A DNA stretch of 60,221 bases, counting the filler, from Stramenopiles sp. TOSAG23-3 (Eukaryota): the NCBI GenBank assembly GCA_900128585.1. It is 12 parts of 12 records of this genome, joined end to end, with 100 filler letters (N's around TTAATTAATTAA, not from the genome) between each part and the next. Parts side by side here need not be neighbours in the genome. Positions count along the whole stretch, not along the records: positions 20,153 to 25,081 come from LT643663.1; positions 25,182 to 30,106 come from LT643664.1; positions 30,207 to 35,130 come from LT643665.1; positions 35,231 to 40,151 come from LT643666.1; 8 more parts are not named here. One strand, given 5' to 3'. A program made the position numbers and the translations under genes. Numbering within the stretch: position 1 is the first letter of the stretch; each line of letters starts with the position of its first letter. The notes beneath the pieces are model-generated. The model worked only from the letters and a program-made list of their open reading frames with translations, made no database searches and was not told the DNA's origin. Shown here piece by piece: positions 23,610 through 36,138 of this stretch.

Positions 23610-24851
23610 TTATCTTTCTTCTTCTTCTTCTTCTTCTTCTTCTTCTTTGATTGACATAGTGTAAGAGGAAAAGTTTGAATCACCTGTAATTTCACGTTGA
23701 ACGTTTAACCAGGTTGGAAAGTTGTTATCGGTGCGCGTTGAATCTTCTGTAGAAGAAGATTGGACGTATAATATTTGAAGCCCCGCAACTTTCGAAGGGG
23801 CTAGGTATTTGCAAATGTAGCACGTGCTTTCGTTCAACAAGAACGATGTTCTTTCTTGGAGGACCGTGTAGCGTTTCGGGTCGGGGTTTTCGGAAATTTG
23901 AGCATACTCACGACCGGTTAAAATTCGCTTCACTTCAACTTTCTGCCCCGTCGATTCGTCAATCCTAACGCGTGTGAAACCATAGCTGTGAATCGCGTCG
24001 GCTCCATTGATTTTCGTCCTCTTCCTTACAAAAGTGTAGCCCGCACCACCTTTTTCGGCAAGCTGAAAGGGGTAAATTTTTTCTATTTTGAAACAGACGG
24101 ATTTGATGTCAGCCGGGATGGTGCAGTCCGACAACAGAAATTTTCTTGCTTTTCTGTTCGTACTGGGAAGACCACAAAGCTCACACACCCTTGACATAAG
24201 CTTCGCCATTTTTGCCTCAAACCCAGTGTCTTTGTTGCCAAAAACGTACTGTTTGGGGTGAGGCATCCAGCCACGAAGAATATTTTGATCCAACGCCCGG
24301 GCTTCTTCGGCTGTTTCCCGCCTCGTCACGTTCGTTTCGCTGGAGAAAAACTTCTCCGCGCTATGGGCTGCGGTGACCAGGTGCAGAACGGCATTGTACC
24401 TTGAGTCGCAAATGTCCATCTCCAAAACATTGTTTTGTGCCAAAATCTTGGCCCAGGTGCTATCGTCTACGTATGCCTTCCCATCCATGGCCCCTCGATC
24501 GCACAACAAGACCGACTTTTGCCCAGTTTTCTCCGCCATCGTGTAGAGCGTGTCTTCAAGATGAAACTGAGTTCGCATGAGAGTGGCTTGGAAGTCTACC
24601 CAATCGTCTCCGTTCTTCATGTCCGACGGAGAGATGCCGCCCGTCCACAAAATGGTGGCGGCTTCGGGGACCGTGTACACGCGGATGCCATACTGACTCA
24701 AAAAAACCCGGATCCGTTCAAGCGCAGTAGTCTTTCCACCGCAAGGACCACCCGTCAAAACAAACTTTTGAACGGTGTTTGAGTTTGACACCAGTGATAC
24801 CCTGGACGCTCCTCCACCAGAAGACTTTTCTTTGGCTGCTGCTATATTCAT
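23610..24851 (-). CDS. TTD14-like P-loop NTPase (NadR/AAA_28-type domain plus CYTH-like domain)
   Basis: VLTGGPCGGKTT, VPEAAT, LCDRGAMD, HLVTAA and RRET motifs, then RKFLL...FVRKR...REITGD. Confidence 0.85.
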   Translation of the reverse strand: MNIAAAKEKSSGGGASRVSLVSNSNTVQKFVLTGGPCGGKTTALERIRVFLSQYGIRVYTVPEAATILWTGGISPSDMKNGDDWVDFQATLMRTQFHLEDTLYTMAEKTGQKSVLLCDRGAMDGKAYVDDSTWAKILAQNNVLEMDICDSRYNAVLHLVTAAHSAEKFFSSETNVTRRETAEEARALDQNILRGWMPHPKQYVFGNKDTGFEAKMAKLMSRVCELCGLPSTNRKARKFLLSDCTIPADIKSVCFKIEKIYPFQLAEKGGAGYTFVRKRTKINGADAIHSYGFTRVRIDESTGQKVEVKRILTGREYAQISENPDPKRYTVLQERTSFLLNESTCYICKYLAPSKVAGLQILYVQSSSTEDSTRTDNNFPTWLNVQREITGDSNFSSYTMSIKEEEEEEEEEER

Positions 24852-25639
24852 GGTTGTCCGATCGAACCTACAAAGTGATGAGAAATATATTTAATTATGA
24901 ACAAACGAAGAAGAAAAAGGAAACTCGATATAAATTCAGGGTAAAAAATACAAAATATCTTCTTTTTTTCTGTGAGCTTGAATTTCCTCTCATTTTCATA
25001 CTACGGACAATTTCCATTCTTCTTTCTATTTATTATTACACAGAATCCAATAATAATAAAAAGTATCTTGTTGTTGTTGTTNNNNNNNNNNNNNNNNNNN
25101 NNNNNNNNNNNNNNNNNNNNNNNNNTTAATTAATTAANNNNNNNNNNNNNNNNNNNNNNNNNNNNNNNNNNNNNNNNNNNNGTCCGATCCAAAAAAAATG
25201 GCGTCGTCGTCCAAAATGGATCATCGTGGAGAAGATTCCGCGCTGACTTTGCTTCCACCGTGCTCTCTCGTGAGCATTCCCGACGCGTTTCCATTTGTGA
25301 CGCCAAATAGTTACGACAAGAGTACGATCATGCCATTGTTCGACTAAGCGAAGACCCCGGCGACAACGAGGAAATAAACACAAAAACTTGTATGATATAA
25401 GATATCATAAATTAATCAGATATTGAGGATAGAAAAAGTTGTTAATCCTATGATGTCTTAAGATAAGGTTCTATTGATATCATAAAAAAATTTAAAATAC
25501 ACTTTGCATGTTTCTCAAAAAAATGTTCTGCGATGCCATGCCCGAAAACAGAAAAATTAAAAAATACTTCTTGAAGGACATCAATGCCGCAATGGGATTG
25601 CTGTGCCAGGTCTGGTACATACGCATTTGAACAGAATGT

Positions 25640-25867
25640 ATGATGGGAAAATGTATGTACGTGACGATGGTGATTCAAAAATGTATGGTTCGTCTCTATA
25701 TATTTCCAAAGGGCGATAAAGGAGATACGGGCGCACCAGGCCCAGCTGGTTCCAACACGGGGTGCCGCTGCACAAACAAGTGCGCCAAGCGTAAGGCGGA
25801 TAGGCCGTGGTGCAATATTGGTAAAAATTGTAAGAAATATAACGGAAGAAATTGGAAATGGTGCTGA
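25640..25867 (+). pseudogene. Fragment with short collagen Gly-X-Y stretch and Cys/Trp motif
   Basis: KGDKGDTGAPGPAG followed by GCRCTNKC...PWCNIGKNC...WKWC*; no convincing upstream coding frame. Confidence 0.4.
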
Positions 25868-26088
25868 CTGTTGATTTTACTAAACTGAATTATTTTTTCT
25901 ATTTTTTATTAAAAAATATTATTTTTATTGAGAACGGTGTGTAAAGTTTTTCCCACAACGAAAACTAAAACCACCGTAATGGGGGGAACCGAAGATACTG
26001 GCAGATCCTGTGAAACTATCCAGTCTTTTCTTTACGTTGGGTGATGTGCCTCATACACTAAAATCGTCTGACTGGCTCCGTGATTTCA

Positions 26089-28122
26089 TCACGCTTTAGA
26101 AAGTTCAACATGCTTGTTTCGTGCAACAGCAACAGGATTCATGAACGATTCTTTGGACGGGGTAGATGCCATTCCGCCTGTGTATATTTGATAGCCGCCA
26201 TAAAGGATCACAAGGCAAAGCAATATGATAAAAGCAACCCAACCCCCATTGAGACCTTCGGCTTTTTTATTTTCTTCGGCTGCTTTGGCTTCTTTTCCTG
26301 CGTTTGGTCCATTGGATCCGGTCTGTATGACTGCGACTAGACTCCATCCAGTGTTCGCAGTGGCGTCTCCATCGAGCGGGACTACTTCGTATGCATAATT
26401 ATCCGTCGTATACGATCCAGCTTATAGCTTTGTTGTCCGTGAAGTCTTTGGCCTTCGTGACTAGCTTATTAGTCATATCATAATAGTTTTTGTCCGTGCC
26501 GCCAGTTGCGAGCAATGCGCCGTCCTCTTGTCTTACAACATACACTGTTAGATCAGTTCGATCACCAATAAAAGTTTTCAAAGAATTCGAGAACGGGGAG
26601 CCTGCTCCAATACCAAATTGATGAATCAGTACCCCTCGAAATGTGCCGTCTTGGTCCCTCATAGGCTGAGATAGATACGCCGCAGGTAATCCAATGGTAG
26701 TGGCTCTCATAATATACCAGAATCGGCCCTCTGCCTTCGCCTTCGAATACCAGGGTTTATCCACTGTTCTTGCTTGATCAATTTGTCGATAGACACGCTT
26801 TGGTTTTAAATCATTATTTGAGTTCAGCTCGAAAAATCGACGGCAACGCCCTGTCACGACGGGGGTACAATCCTCCATACATGGTGCTGGGAGAGTGGTG
26901 TTACAGAAATATTCAACGGGTGGAATGAACACAGACTGTGATGCCCCTGTCTTGTAGTCATTTGCACTAGCAGCGAATCCAATGTATCCATTATCTTCAA
27001 ACCCCATCCAGATTCCACCCAAGCGGTAACTGTCCCTCCATACGGCTGACAAATATTCGCGCCACCTTGATCCCACGGCTGGTGCAGGGTTAGGGAAGTT
27101 ATCAATGTCAGTGGGGACAACGCCAGAAGCGACATCTTTTTGCATTCCATGCAGATCATCGACGAACGGTTGCAACAGACCACTCATTTCGCAAGATACA
27201 GACTTTATGACATCATCACAGCCTGTGCACCCAGCATTGTCCAATACGACTAGTTCCATCGCCATATTTTTGCCAATATGAAGGTCTGCTCTCCTTATCG
27301 TCCATCCACCAGTTGTCGTGCCGTCGGATTGATTATACGTAGTCTTAATCGCGGCAGTGTCTGAATTTTCAGCTTTTACAAAGTCGTACTTATTCAAAAA
27401 GTTTCCGTTATCATCCGAAGCTTGCTTAACGACATCGGAACCATCTGATACACCTCGTAGCTCCTTCTTGTTTTTATCCATCAAATACAGCACACGGTTG
27501 TTGTTATTGCTAGAGAAACTGGCTAGCTTCGTAGAAAAGATGCCAATATCCCGTCCCTCAAGAGCAACAGCTACTGTATCACCGTTTTTCTTCATAGGGC
27601 ACACGTAGTACATGTTTGGCTTGAACGACGTACCACTCACTTGGGATGCCCACCCGCAATCTCTGCCACCTGATCTATACGTTGCCTCCCAAAATGGTTT
27701 AGTCTTCGTTAAATAATTTGGGATGGTTTTAAATTTGGTAGGTAAAGCATTCAGCTGCTCGTCAGTGTGGTAATACGATCTGTCACCAGTTGTGCCAGGG
27801 GGTCGATAGGTATATTGCGACTTCCCTTCCGCCACTTCGGCATCTGTGGCTGCAAAGCCCATATAGCCATTGTCGGCTTCGAACCCGAACCAAATACCAC
27901 CGGAATGATAACTTGACCTCCACATATTGGCCAAGTACCGAGCAAGAGGGGAGTCCGATCCTGGCGCTCCAGGAGTAAGCGTTGTCGGCAAATTGCCTAC
28001 TGAAAAGTCCGTTTTGACCGCGTCTACAGTCTTGACAATTTCATTGATTTGTTTCGTCAGATATGTGCGCTTACCGTGACGGCAAGGAGAAGCAGCGTGT
28101 ACGCGAAAATTGTAGTCCTCAT
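26089..28122 (-). CDS. Type I membrane protein with two Cache-like extracellular domains; two apparent frameshifts (pseudogene or assembly error)
   Basis: Signal peptide MRTTIFAYTLLLLAVTVSA from ATG 28122 is out of frame with the main ORF. Two ~270-aa repeats (GGIWxGFE..NGYxGF; KPFW/KPWY). The C-terminal TM and tail lie in another frame ending at 26089. Confidence 0.75.
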
Positions 28123-28669
28123 TGAACAATGCTTGTTGATTACGATTGATTGAAGTTATTTTGTATTTTTTCAGTATCCAATCGAGTCGTTTCGTTGAAG
28201 TCGAGCTGCACTTTTTATTTAGAGTCGTAGCGACATCGATACGTGATGAGAAATAGGACGAGTAAGAATGGTACGCGCTCCCTCTCCCACTACCAATCAC
28301 TGTGTCGTGGCCCCATTTTAGTCATTTTTGGATACTGTAATGCTACTTTAGCTTACATACTATAAAAGAAATCAGCGGCGTATAATAATAAATAATTATT
28401 AAAAAAAAAATGTGCTGATGACTCCCTCCTCCCTCCCCTCCCCTCACCAAAATAAATATTATTATTCTTCATCTCATTCTTTCTTTATTACTTCCTTAGG
28501 TAGTCTACCATACTTATATTATCTACTAGTATACTGATTATTCCTGTGTCTTCTTCTCTAGTAGTAGAACGTCCTTCTAGAACGTCCTTCTTTTTCTATT
28601 TTTCAGTTGTGTTTGATGCTGCTGAATCTTCTATCTTCTACTGCTTGTACCATCACACCAAACATTATA

Positions 28670-28951
28670 ATGCGCTGGCCAACTTTCCTATTCCTTTCCA
28701 TATTTGTATTTATTTTTATTACACTAATGCTATTGCCTGCTCACTGTGCGGACAGTAGCTACACTCTACATGGTCAGTGTCACAGCATCAGATCCTATGG
28801 TATTGTGTGTACACCGGACGATAATTGCTGGTACAATAGCCACCACTCGCCAGGCCCCAATGATGGTTTCAGCACATTTTTTAGAAGTTCAAATAGAGAT
28901 CCAAAAAAAATCTTATTAATAATCTTTGCTATGTGCCTATACGTCTGCTGA
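28670..28951 (+). CDS. Small secreted or membrane Cys-containing protein
   Basis: Signal peptide-like MRWPTFLFLSIFVFIFITLMLLPAHCA, three further Cys in the mature part, and a hydrophobic C-terminus. Confidence 0.45.
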   Translation: MRWPTFLFLSIFVFIFITLMLLPAHCADSSYTLHGQCHSIRSYGIVCTPDDNCWYNSHHSPGPNDGFSTFFRSSNRDPKKILLIIFAMCLYVC

Positions 28952-29149
28952 AAAAAAAAATTACTTCTCGTGTCTATTATATTAATAGACACAATCAGTG
29001 ATACAACTGGTACAACTTTTTTTAAGTCAATGGTGTGTTTATGCTGTGTTCCANNNNNNNNNNNNNNNCTACATAAAAAGTATATGTACGTTATATAGGA
29101 TACTTAGTAAAATATTTTGGCAGAACAGGAGTTGCTTTTAATTCTCTAG

Positions 29150-29370
29150 CTAGAAGCGATTCAGGGTTTTTGGCAAGTGGACGACGCCAAAGCGATGTCC
29201 TCAAACCTAAGGGAGCTGAAAGCCGATGTCAAGACCGCAACACATTTCATCCAGAAATTCGACATCAGGAACACGGTTATCGCAGTGCTGTCCGACAACA
29301 GCACGTCCACGTTTTACATCAACAAGCACGGAGGGAGAGTTCAGAACCTCGACTCGATTACGAACACGAC
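29150..29370 (+). mobile_element. Relic of DIRS-type retrotransposon RNase H
   Basis: GFWQVDDAKAMSSNLRELKA...VIAVLSDNSTSTFYINKHGGR matches the DIRS RNase H pattern GxW...(I/S)NxxELxA...SDNxxxVxYINxxGG. Confidence 0.75.
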
Positions 29371-30206
29371 GATCCTTGGAATACAGCTTGGAGGCAATTC
29401 CCGACGCCACCGGAACGGGGAGTTGTGACTCTGAAACGGTGTGATATCTCCGATGGGCGGTGTCGCCGCCGTCGTATACACGTGAAGAGTCCACGCCGCC
29501 TAACTTGGGACGAAACAGACGACGATGAAGAAAATGTGGGGACTGTACTTCCTATTCAATGTCTTGGTTATAAAAGGATTTGCGGAAAAACAGTAAGGTG
29601 CTGCCACATGGGACAAGGAACCTTTGGCAACTTTATTACTCGGGATACATGTGTGGATGCGCAGAGGGAATGCACGCGCCCTCTCAGAAGATTGTGAGAG
29701 AGAAAGAGAGAGATGAGGCAAAAAAATTATCCAACCCAAACCCTGTTCCAATCATTTGAAATATGTAACTCTGATTCGACGTTCTTGGTGTTGATCATCG
29801 GAGTACCATTTATCTATTGTGTTCAGCACCAATAATAGTATATTAAATTATCCACATTCCCACAGGCCAGAAGAATAGAGAGTATATGTAGTAAGTAGAC
29901 TAGTATGTATGATGGGGAAAGAGTGATCACGGCCCAAACAGTACCAAACATCCCTACCAAATCTGATAGGGAGGTTGAGAATCTGGAATCCCCACAGGCC
30001 AACGAAGGGATCCCAGATCTTTCAAAACGGATGCTGGAATTGATATGTTCCTAGGATGATTAGTACAAGATTTCATAGTGTAAACCGTGATAGGATAATA
30101 TTTTATNNNNNNNNNNNNNNNNNNNNNNNNNNNNNNNNNNNNNNNNNNNNTTAATTAATTAANNNNNNNNNNNNNNNNNNNNNNNNNNNNNNNNNNNNNN
30201 NNNNNN

Positions 30207-33200
30207 CCCACAATCGACTTTATTACGAACACTACAACTCGGATATTAACTTGTTCATCGAAGGCATAAAAGGAAACGATGCGAATGCACTTGCGGCTGT
30301 AAACTCAAACTCGAACGGTGTACGCGGCCAATGGTGGATGACTCATGTGGCCAGTTATTTGAATGGAACGGACCAGAAGACCCGTATCACTTGGTTAAGA
30401 ACGGAGCACCTGGACAAAGACTGGAATATGTGGGTGCGGGAGACTCCAAGTGGGAATACCGCGGCGTCAGAGATTGCAGAAGGTACAAAACGGTTGAACA
30501 GCTCCAGTGCTGGTAGTCACAATTCAAATGCTGGGAAGCTGAACGATGCCTCGATCGAGTGGGTAAAGTCGGAGTTTGCAGATGATTTACAACTATGGAG
30601 CCAAGCGAATGAGCACTGCCAAGCTCATGGTCAGCTGTTTGTAACCGACGGTTCTGGCCGTAGCATTACGGAAAAAGCACCTCGCAAAGTGTTTTGTATT
30701 GGATTTCACAAAACAGGGACAACGTCATTGGGAAAAGCGTTGCAGCACATGGGACTCAGGGTGTGCAACCACAAAACTATAGGGGGGAAAGGAAAACGGC
30801 ACCTGTTAAATTTGTGCAAACAAAACAAATGGCGAGAAATAAAGAAAACTTACATTGACAAGTTCGACGCGTTCGAAGATACACCGTGGCCTGTCATCTA
30901 CAAACATGTCTACGGTATGTTTCCCGGCGCAAAGTATATATTGACCTTACGAGATAGTGAAAAGTGGCTTCAGAGCGTAGTGAATCATTTCGGGAGCAGG
31001 GAAACGGACATACGAAAATGGATTTATGGCGAAGACCATGGGGCCCCGCTAGGGTCCGAAAGCACGTACCTTCAGCGGTTCGAGTCTCACGTGAAAGAAG
31101 TCGTCGATTTTTCTTCCAAAACTGCTGGTATGGACCTGCTGAAGCTTGATATATGTAAAGGCGAGGGCTGGAATTGTTTGCTTTCATTTTTGAACAAAGG
31201 CCGTTTGACGCCATTTGCAGCCCCCAGCGTACCGTTTCCCCGTGCAAACGTGCGATTAGGAAACGTAGTGTGTGTGTGTGTGTCCAACGACCACAACCAC
31301 CCGATCGTCGCTCTGATGCGTGCGACTTGTCCATTTCCGCTGAAGCATGATTTGTTTTCAGACAAGCAAAAGTGGCCCGGGAATCGTACCAAGTTAAGCG
31401 TAGTGTTGGATTATGCGCGCACGCTGGGTCCGGACACCATAGTTTGCCACGTAGACGCTTACGATGTCGTTTTTACGCCGTGCTCAAATCGGCTCCTTGA
31501 AGATTTTTTGCGTACCGAACGGCGTGAAAACGGTAGGGGGATAGTGTACGTATCGGGGGTGCGCACACGCCCTTTCCCAAAAGATGGGGTTGTGAAGGAA
31601 TGGCTGGACCCAAAAACTGGAACTTACGTGGGCTACCCCATTATGACCCAAGAAGGAAACGAAGGGCAAGCGTATTTTTGCAACTCGGGGGCCTACATCG
31701 GCCGTGCCTCAGCCATCGTTAATCTTCTGGAGCTACTCTTGGACCTTTCGGGGGGTACCTTCGAGCTGCAAGACGACGGGACCAGTGCGAGTAGGTCGGA
31801 CCAAGAATTGTTTCATGCTGCATTATCAACCGAGTCTGGTAAATCGATCATACGGGTGGATGCTCAGTCGGCCAGTTTTTGTTCCTTGGGGCCCCGGCCA
31901 AATAGTATGGTAGGTACTGATGGTGATGTTAAAACATTGGCGCGGGAAAAGTGTGGGGGGCCCGTCTGCGACTTTCAATACGGAAGAAGCGCCGACTTGG
32001 CCGAGTTTACGTTGTCCGCTGACTCTGGAATAGTTCGGTTTCACGGGCCTACGAAGGTGCAGCCCGCGACACACAGTTTCCTCCCCGCCGTGATTCATGG
32101 CAATGGTAGTGCGGGTTCGCCAGGGAAGTATGCATTTTATGAACATTTCGTCCCAGCCATCGAACAAATGGTACTGCTTGGACACTACGGCAACGAAGCG
32201 AAGAAGACGTGGGTGCGTTTGTACCTTCAGCGTACCAAGACTTACCGCGCAGAAACCAAGGCCTGTTTTTCAAGTGTTGACAATGCGCTCAACACCCTGC
32301 TCGACAAACAGGCGGTACTTTTTGATCGTAGGGCGGCAATTAAGTATCTGAAACGAGACGGTGGAAAAGAGGGGTTTTGTGCTTTAAAGAAGCTTCTTCG
32401 AAATAAAGACAAACTTACTCTGCCTCATCTCCGTTCAGAAATGGTACGCCAGCTATCCTTCCGCAAAAACCGTTGGTATGGGAAATATTTAGAAGATCCT
32501 GATGCACTGGACGAAGTAGCGTACCATTGCAAGCTCCTCACGCAACATTTCGAACGGGTCGGGACAGCGGTAGAAGAAGTGGGAAATGAATCGTCCCGTG
32601 CCGACTTTATGGTGCTGGGAGCACAAAAGTGCGGGACGTCCTCGATAGTTCGGTATCTGCTAAGCATCGAGGGCATTCGGTTCGTCTCTCGTGACGGGGG
32701 GGCGTCGGCTACAGAAGACGATTGCCCGAATGATATTGCAAAGCATGACCCCCTGGAAAGCCGTATATTTGACCAATCTTGGCCGCAAAGTGTGATTAAC
32801 TACCATTTAAAACTGTCCTCGTGCAACTTTGAAAAATGCGCGGACCAACTCACGGGACACTACACTGCGCAATACTTTGCAAACAAGGACGTACCGAAGC
32901 GCATCCGTGACACGTACGAGGTAAGCCGCCACATGAAATTTCTGGTATTGCTTCGAGAACCAGTTTCCAGGGCAGTATCATGCTATTGGTTCAAACGAGA
33001 GACCGGCCAAGAAACGCGAGCGTTCGCTGTGGCTATGAGAGAAGAAATGGAACGCTACAACGGGATGAGCAGCAATGGCGAAGAAGTCCAACACGCTGGA
33101 AACACGAACTACATTGCAGCAGGGGTCTATCATCAGCAGCTGATAAGGTGGTGGAAGTACTTTGAACGTGATCAATTCTTAATACGGTCTCAGGAAGCTG

Positions 33201-33445
33201 TGTCGAATGACTCCGGGGGGTACCTTTCCGACGCTATTAAATTTCTGCAGGATCCCTCTGCGAACAAGACACTTTGTGTGTCAGAGCAAACCCGTGCTCT
33301 GCTGAAACGCCGTTTCAACACAACGGCTTGTGTCGAAAAGAATTATGGGCCGGAAGATGAAGACGTGATGCAGGCCATGAGAGCATTTTACGAGGCCCAC
33401 AACCAAACGCTGTATGCGCTTATAGGGAAGCGATTGTGGCCATGA
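30207..33445 (+). CDS. Multidomain sulfotransferase/glycosyltransferase (5'-truncated)
   Basis: PAPS loops KVFCIGFHKTGTTSL and FMVLGAQKCGTSSI, with LREPVSRAVS. PLOD-type GT-A motifs HVDAYDV, FCNSGAYIG, SDQ and VIHGNG. The frame is open from the contig edge. Confidence 0.9.
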
Positions 33446-33625
33446 GAAGTAAAATTTGATGTTTAACTCTATTTTTAGAGTAGTATATGGGGGGGGTTAC
33501 CAAGATCCCCCCATTTTTAGGACTCTTGTACTAAAAAAAATCTTACTCCCATTAACGAGTGCGTAGCTTATTAAAATTAAATAATTGGAACTATTTTACC
33601 CCTGAGGAGATCTTCTGGCCCAAGT

Positions 33626-34081
33626 TTAAATCAGATTCGACGAGGAAAGGCCGAAGTAGATGCAAGTGCCCCAGGCAGTCAATATGCCCAACCACTTGAG
33701 CCCACCGCCGCTTTTGTAACGCCCTGAGCCGTTCTCTTCCGCGCGGGAATAACCTTTTGCATAAAGAAAGGAGCCTACGTTATACAAGACGCCTCCCACG
33801 GCGTTCGCTTTTGCACAGTTTTCGCTTTGAAGCGAACCCAACAAGGCGCAAATAGTTACAATGCCTTGCACCTCAAGCATGTTTTGGTGTCCTCTTTGAA
33901 CACTGTTGAATTCTTGTGCGTGCTTTTCGTTGCGTCCAAGGTACATGGTGGGATACTTAACATTGTACTTTTTCCGTGCTTTCATGACATTGCTTCCAAT
34001 GATTTGGTTGAACAGCAAGCCTCCTGCGACCCAAGCGAGAACGGTGTATCCAAAAGATAATGGCAGCGAAATAGTGGTCAT
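33626..34081 (-). CDS. MGST3: MAPEG family microsomal glutathione S-transferase 3-like
   Basis: VMKARKKYNVKYPTMY...FNSVQRGHQNMLE...YAKGY. Confidence 0.92.
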   Translation of the reverse strand: MTTISLPLSFGYTVLAWVAGGLLFNQIIGSNVMKARKKYNVKYPTMYLGRNEKHAQEFNSVQRGHQNMLEVQGIVTICALLGSLQSENCAKANAVGGVLYNVGSFLYAKGYSRAEENGSGRYKSGGGLKWLGILTAWGTCIYFGLSSSNLI

Positions 34082-35230
34082 ATTGGCGAAGAAGAACTAA
34101 AGGTAAAAATAATCAATAACAGGTACGTTTCTTTTGTTAATATTAATTCGGTTCAATGTGTTTGTGTATTCGTCCGATCTTCTTTTCCTTCATACAAAAT
34201 TACAAACACTTCTTGTTCGTCTGTTTGGTCATTTCTTCAAATATATATATATTAATAATACTATAATAGCTCCTAATATATTATACTTCGTAGTAGTAGT
34301 AGAAAGAACATCATTCCATCGATCTTCTTCGAGAAGAAGAAGAAGAAGAGAAGAACGAAGGAAGAAAGAAAGAAAGGAAGAAAGAAGGAGGGCACAGCAT
34401 AAGTATCCCAGCAGCTTGCCCTCGATCGCCGCGGCTGCTTTTTTCTTCTTTTTTCTTTAATTTTTTTTCTCTATTTTATATTATAAATTATTCATAATAA
34501 TGGGAAAAAATATTAACATCAACACACCATACCTATCACCCATATACTTGTTCAAAGAAGACGATTATTTTTTTATTTAATAAATAATTGCAAGCAGCTG
34601 GCAACAGCGGATGATGAGATAAAAAAAAGTCCAAAAAAAGGCCAACAACCCCTACCACCACCTTAACCCTAACCCTACCCTAACTAGAAAAAAAAATAGA
34701 AGAAGAAGAAGAAAGAAGAATATTTTTAATTACAGTGACATTAGAACGACTCTAATAATAATAATATATTATTTAATAATATATATTATTACTACACGTT
34801 ATTAATATTATTATTATTTATTAATAATAATAATTAATTAAAAAATTAAATGATGATATTTAAAATAAAGCCGACCTACCCGTTAGTAGTTAAGAAAAAA
34901 GAAATTATGCATTTTGAATGTGTTGAGTTTTTTATTATTAGTTCAGACTTCAGACGAAACTTGGGGTAATTATGATTGGCACCCCACACAAGCTCACGGG
35001 AACAAGTTCTGAATGGGGACAAGAAAAATTGATAAAATGACCCCACCCTCTTTTGATTTTAAACACACTATCTTATGATATCAGATCACCTTTACAAATT
35101 TAGTAATTGATATAAAATGAGAGTCTTACANNNNNNNNNNNNNNNNNNNNNNNNNNNNNNNNNNNNNNNNNNNNTTAATTAATTAANNNNNNNNNNNNNN
35201 NNNNNNNNNNNNNNNNNNNNNNNNNNNNNN

Positions 35231-35792
35231 GAGTATGGTCAAACAGGACGACTCGGGACGAACATCTGCTGAAAACACTCCGTTTCCATTAACGTTGAAG
35301 GAGGTGGCGTTTGCATTGAAGACCCCAGGATTCTTGCTCTTCTTGGACTTTTTTGTTTCTTTACTGGTATTTCCTGGTGTAATTTCAGAAATACCGTCCG
35401 CCGGTAATTTAGGGACGTATTTTCCAGTGATCAATGGCCTATCGTTCAACTTTTTCGACTTGGCGGGGCGATTGTCAGCGTCAAGCGTCGCTCTTCCGAA
35501 ACGGCGTTGGAAACGGTTTATATGGGGCCGTGCACTCGTTTTCCCGGTTTTACTTTCGTTGTGCGTGTTAAACGTTTTGCAAAGTGACATTCTAGTCTTT
35601 CTGTTAGTTGCCCTATTGGCTGTATCCAATGGGTACTTTGCTAGTGTGCTAATGCAAGACGCACCAACCATGGTGCACAAGCAAGACCGGTCTACGGCAA
35701 GTCAGTTCATGGTGATTATGCTAGTGTCCGGATTAACGGCAGGCGCCGTCTGTGGGGACTTACTAGCTCGTGCACTAATGGGCGGCAAGTAA
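35231..35792 (+). CDS. Equilibrative nucleoside transporter, C-terminal part
   Basis: SLLVFPGV, FNFFDLAGR, SNGYFAS and GLTAGA are ENT-family motifs; 5'-truncated. Confidence 0.88.
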
Positions 35793-36138
35793 AGATAGCA
35801 GCTCTTGTAATTTGGTTTTATACGCAGTTTAGTTTTAAAAACGTTAATTTAATTTAATAACAGTCGTCAGGTTTTTGTTTTGAAAAACAAGAAATAAATA
35901 AATTGTTTTTAAAAAACAAATTATATAGTATGTTTTAAGACTCGAATAAATTGTTTTTAAAATTTTCCTTTGAAGAATTAACAGCTATTATTTTGTTTGT
36001 CTTGAGTTTTAACAATTATTACGGTGACTTAAATAACAGCCAATTTTTTGTTTTTAATTATTGCACCGGTGAAATTTGGTTAAAATCTACAACAAACCAT
36101 TAAATACAAGAACATATGCATGATCTGTTCCATCCGAA

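Noticed and set aside
33487-33514. G/C hairpin between convergent genes resembling an intrinsic terminator
   Set aside because: Homopolymer-based stem, single instance, eukaryotic context.
34661-34685. Short CCCTAA telomere-like tract
   Set aside because: Only about three imperfect units, interstitial; too weak to call.
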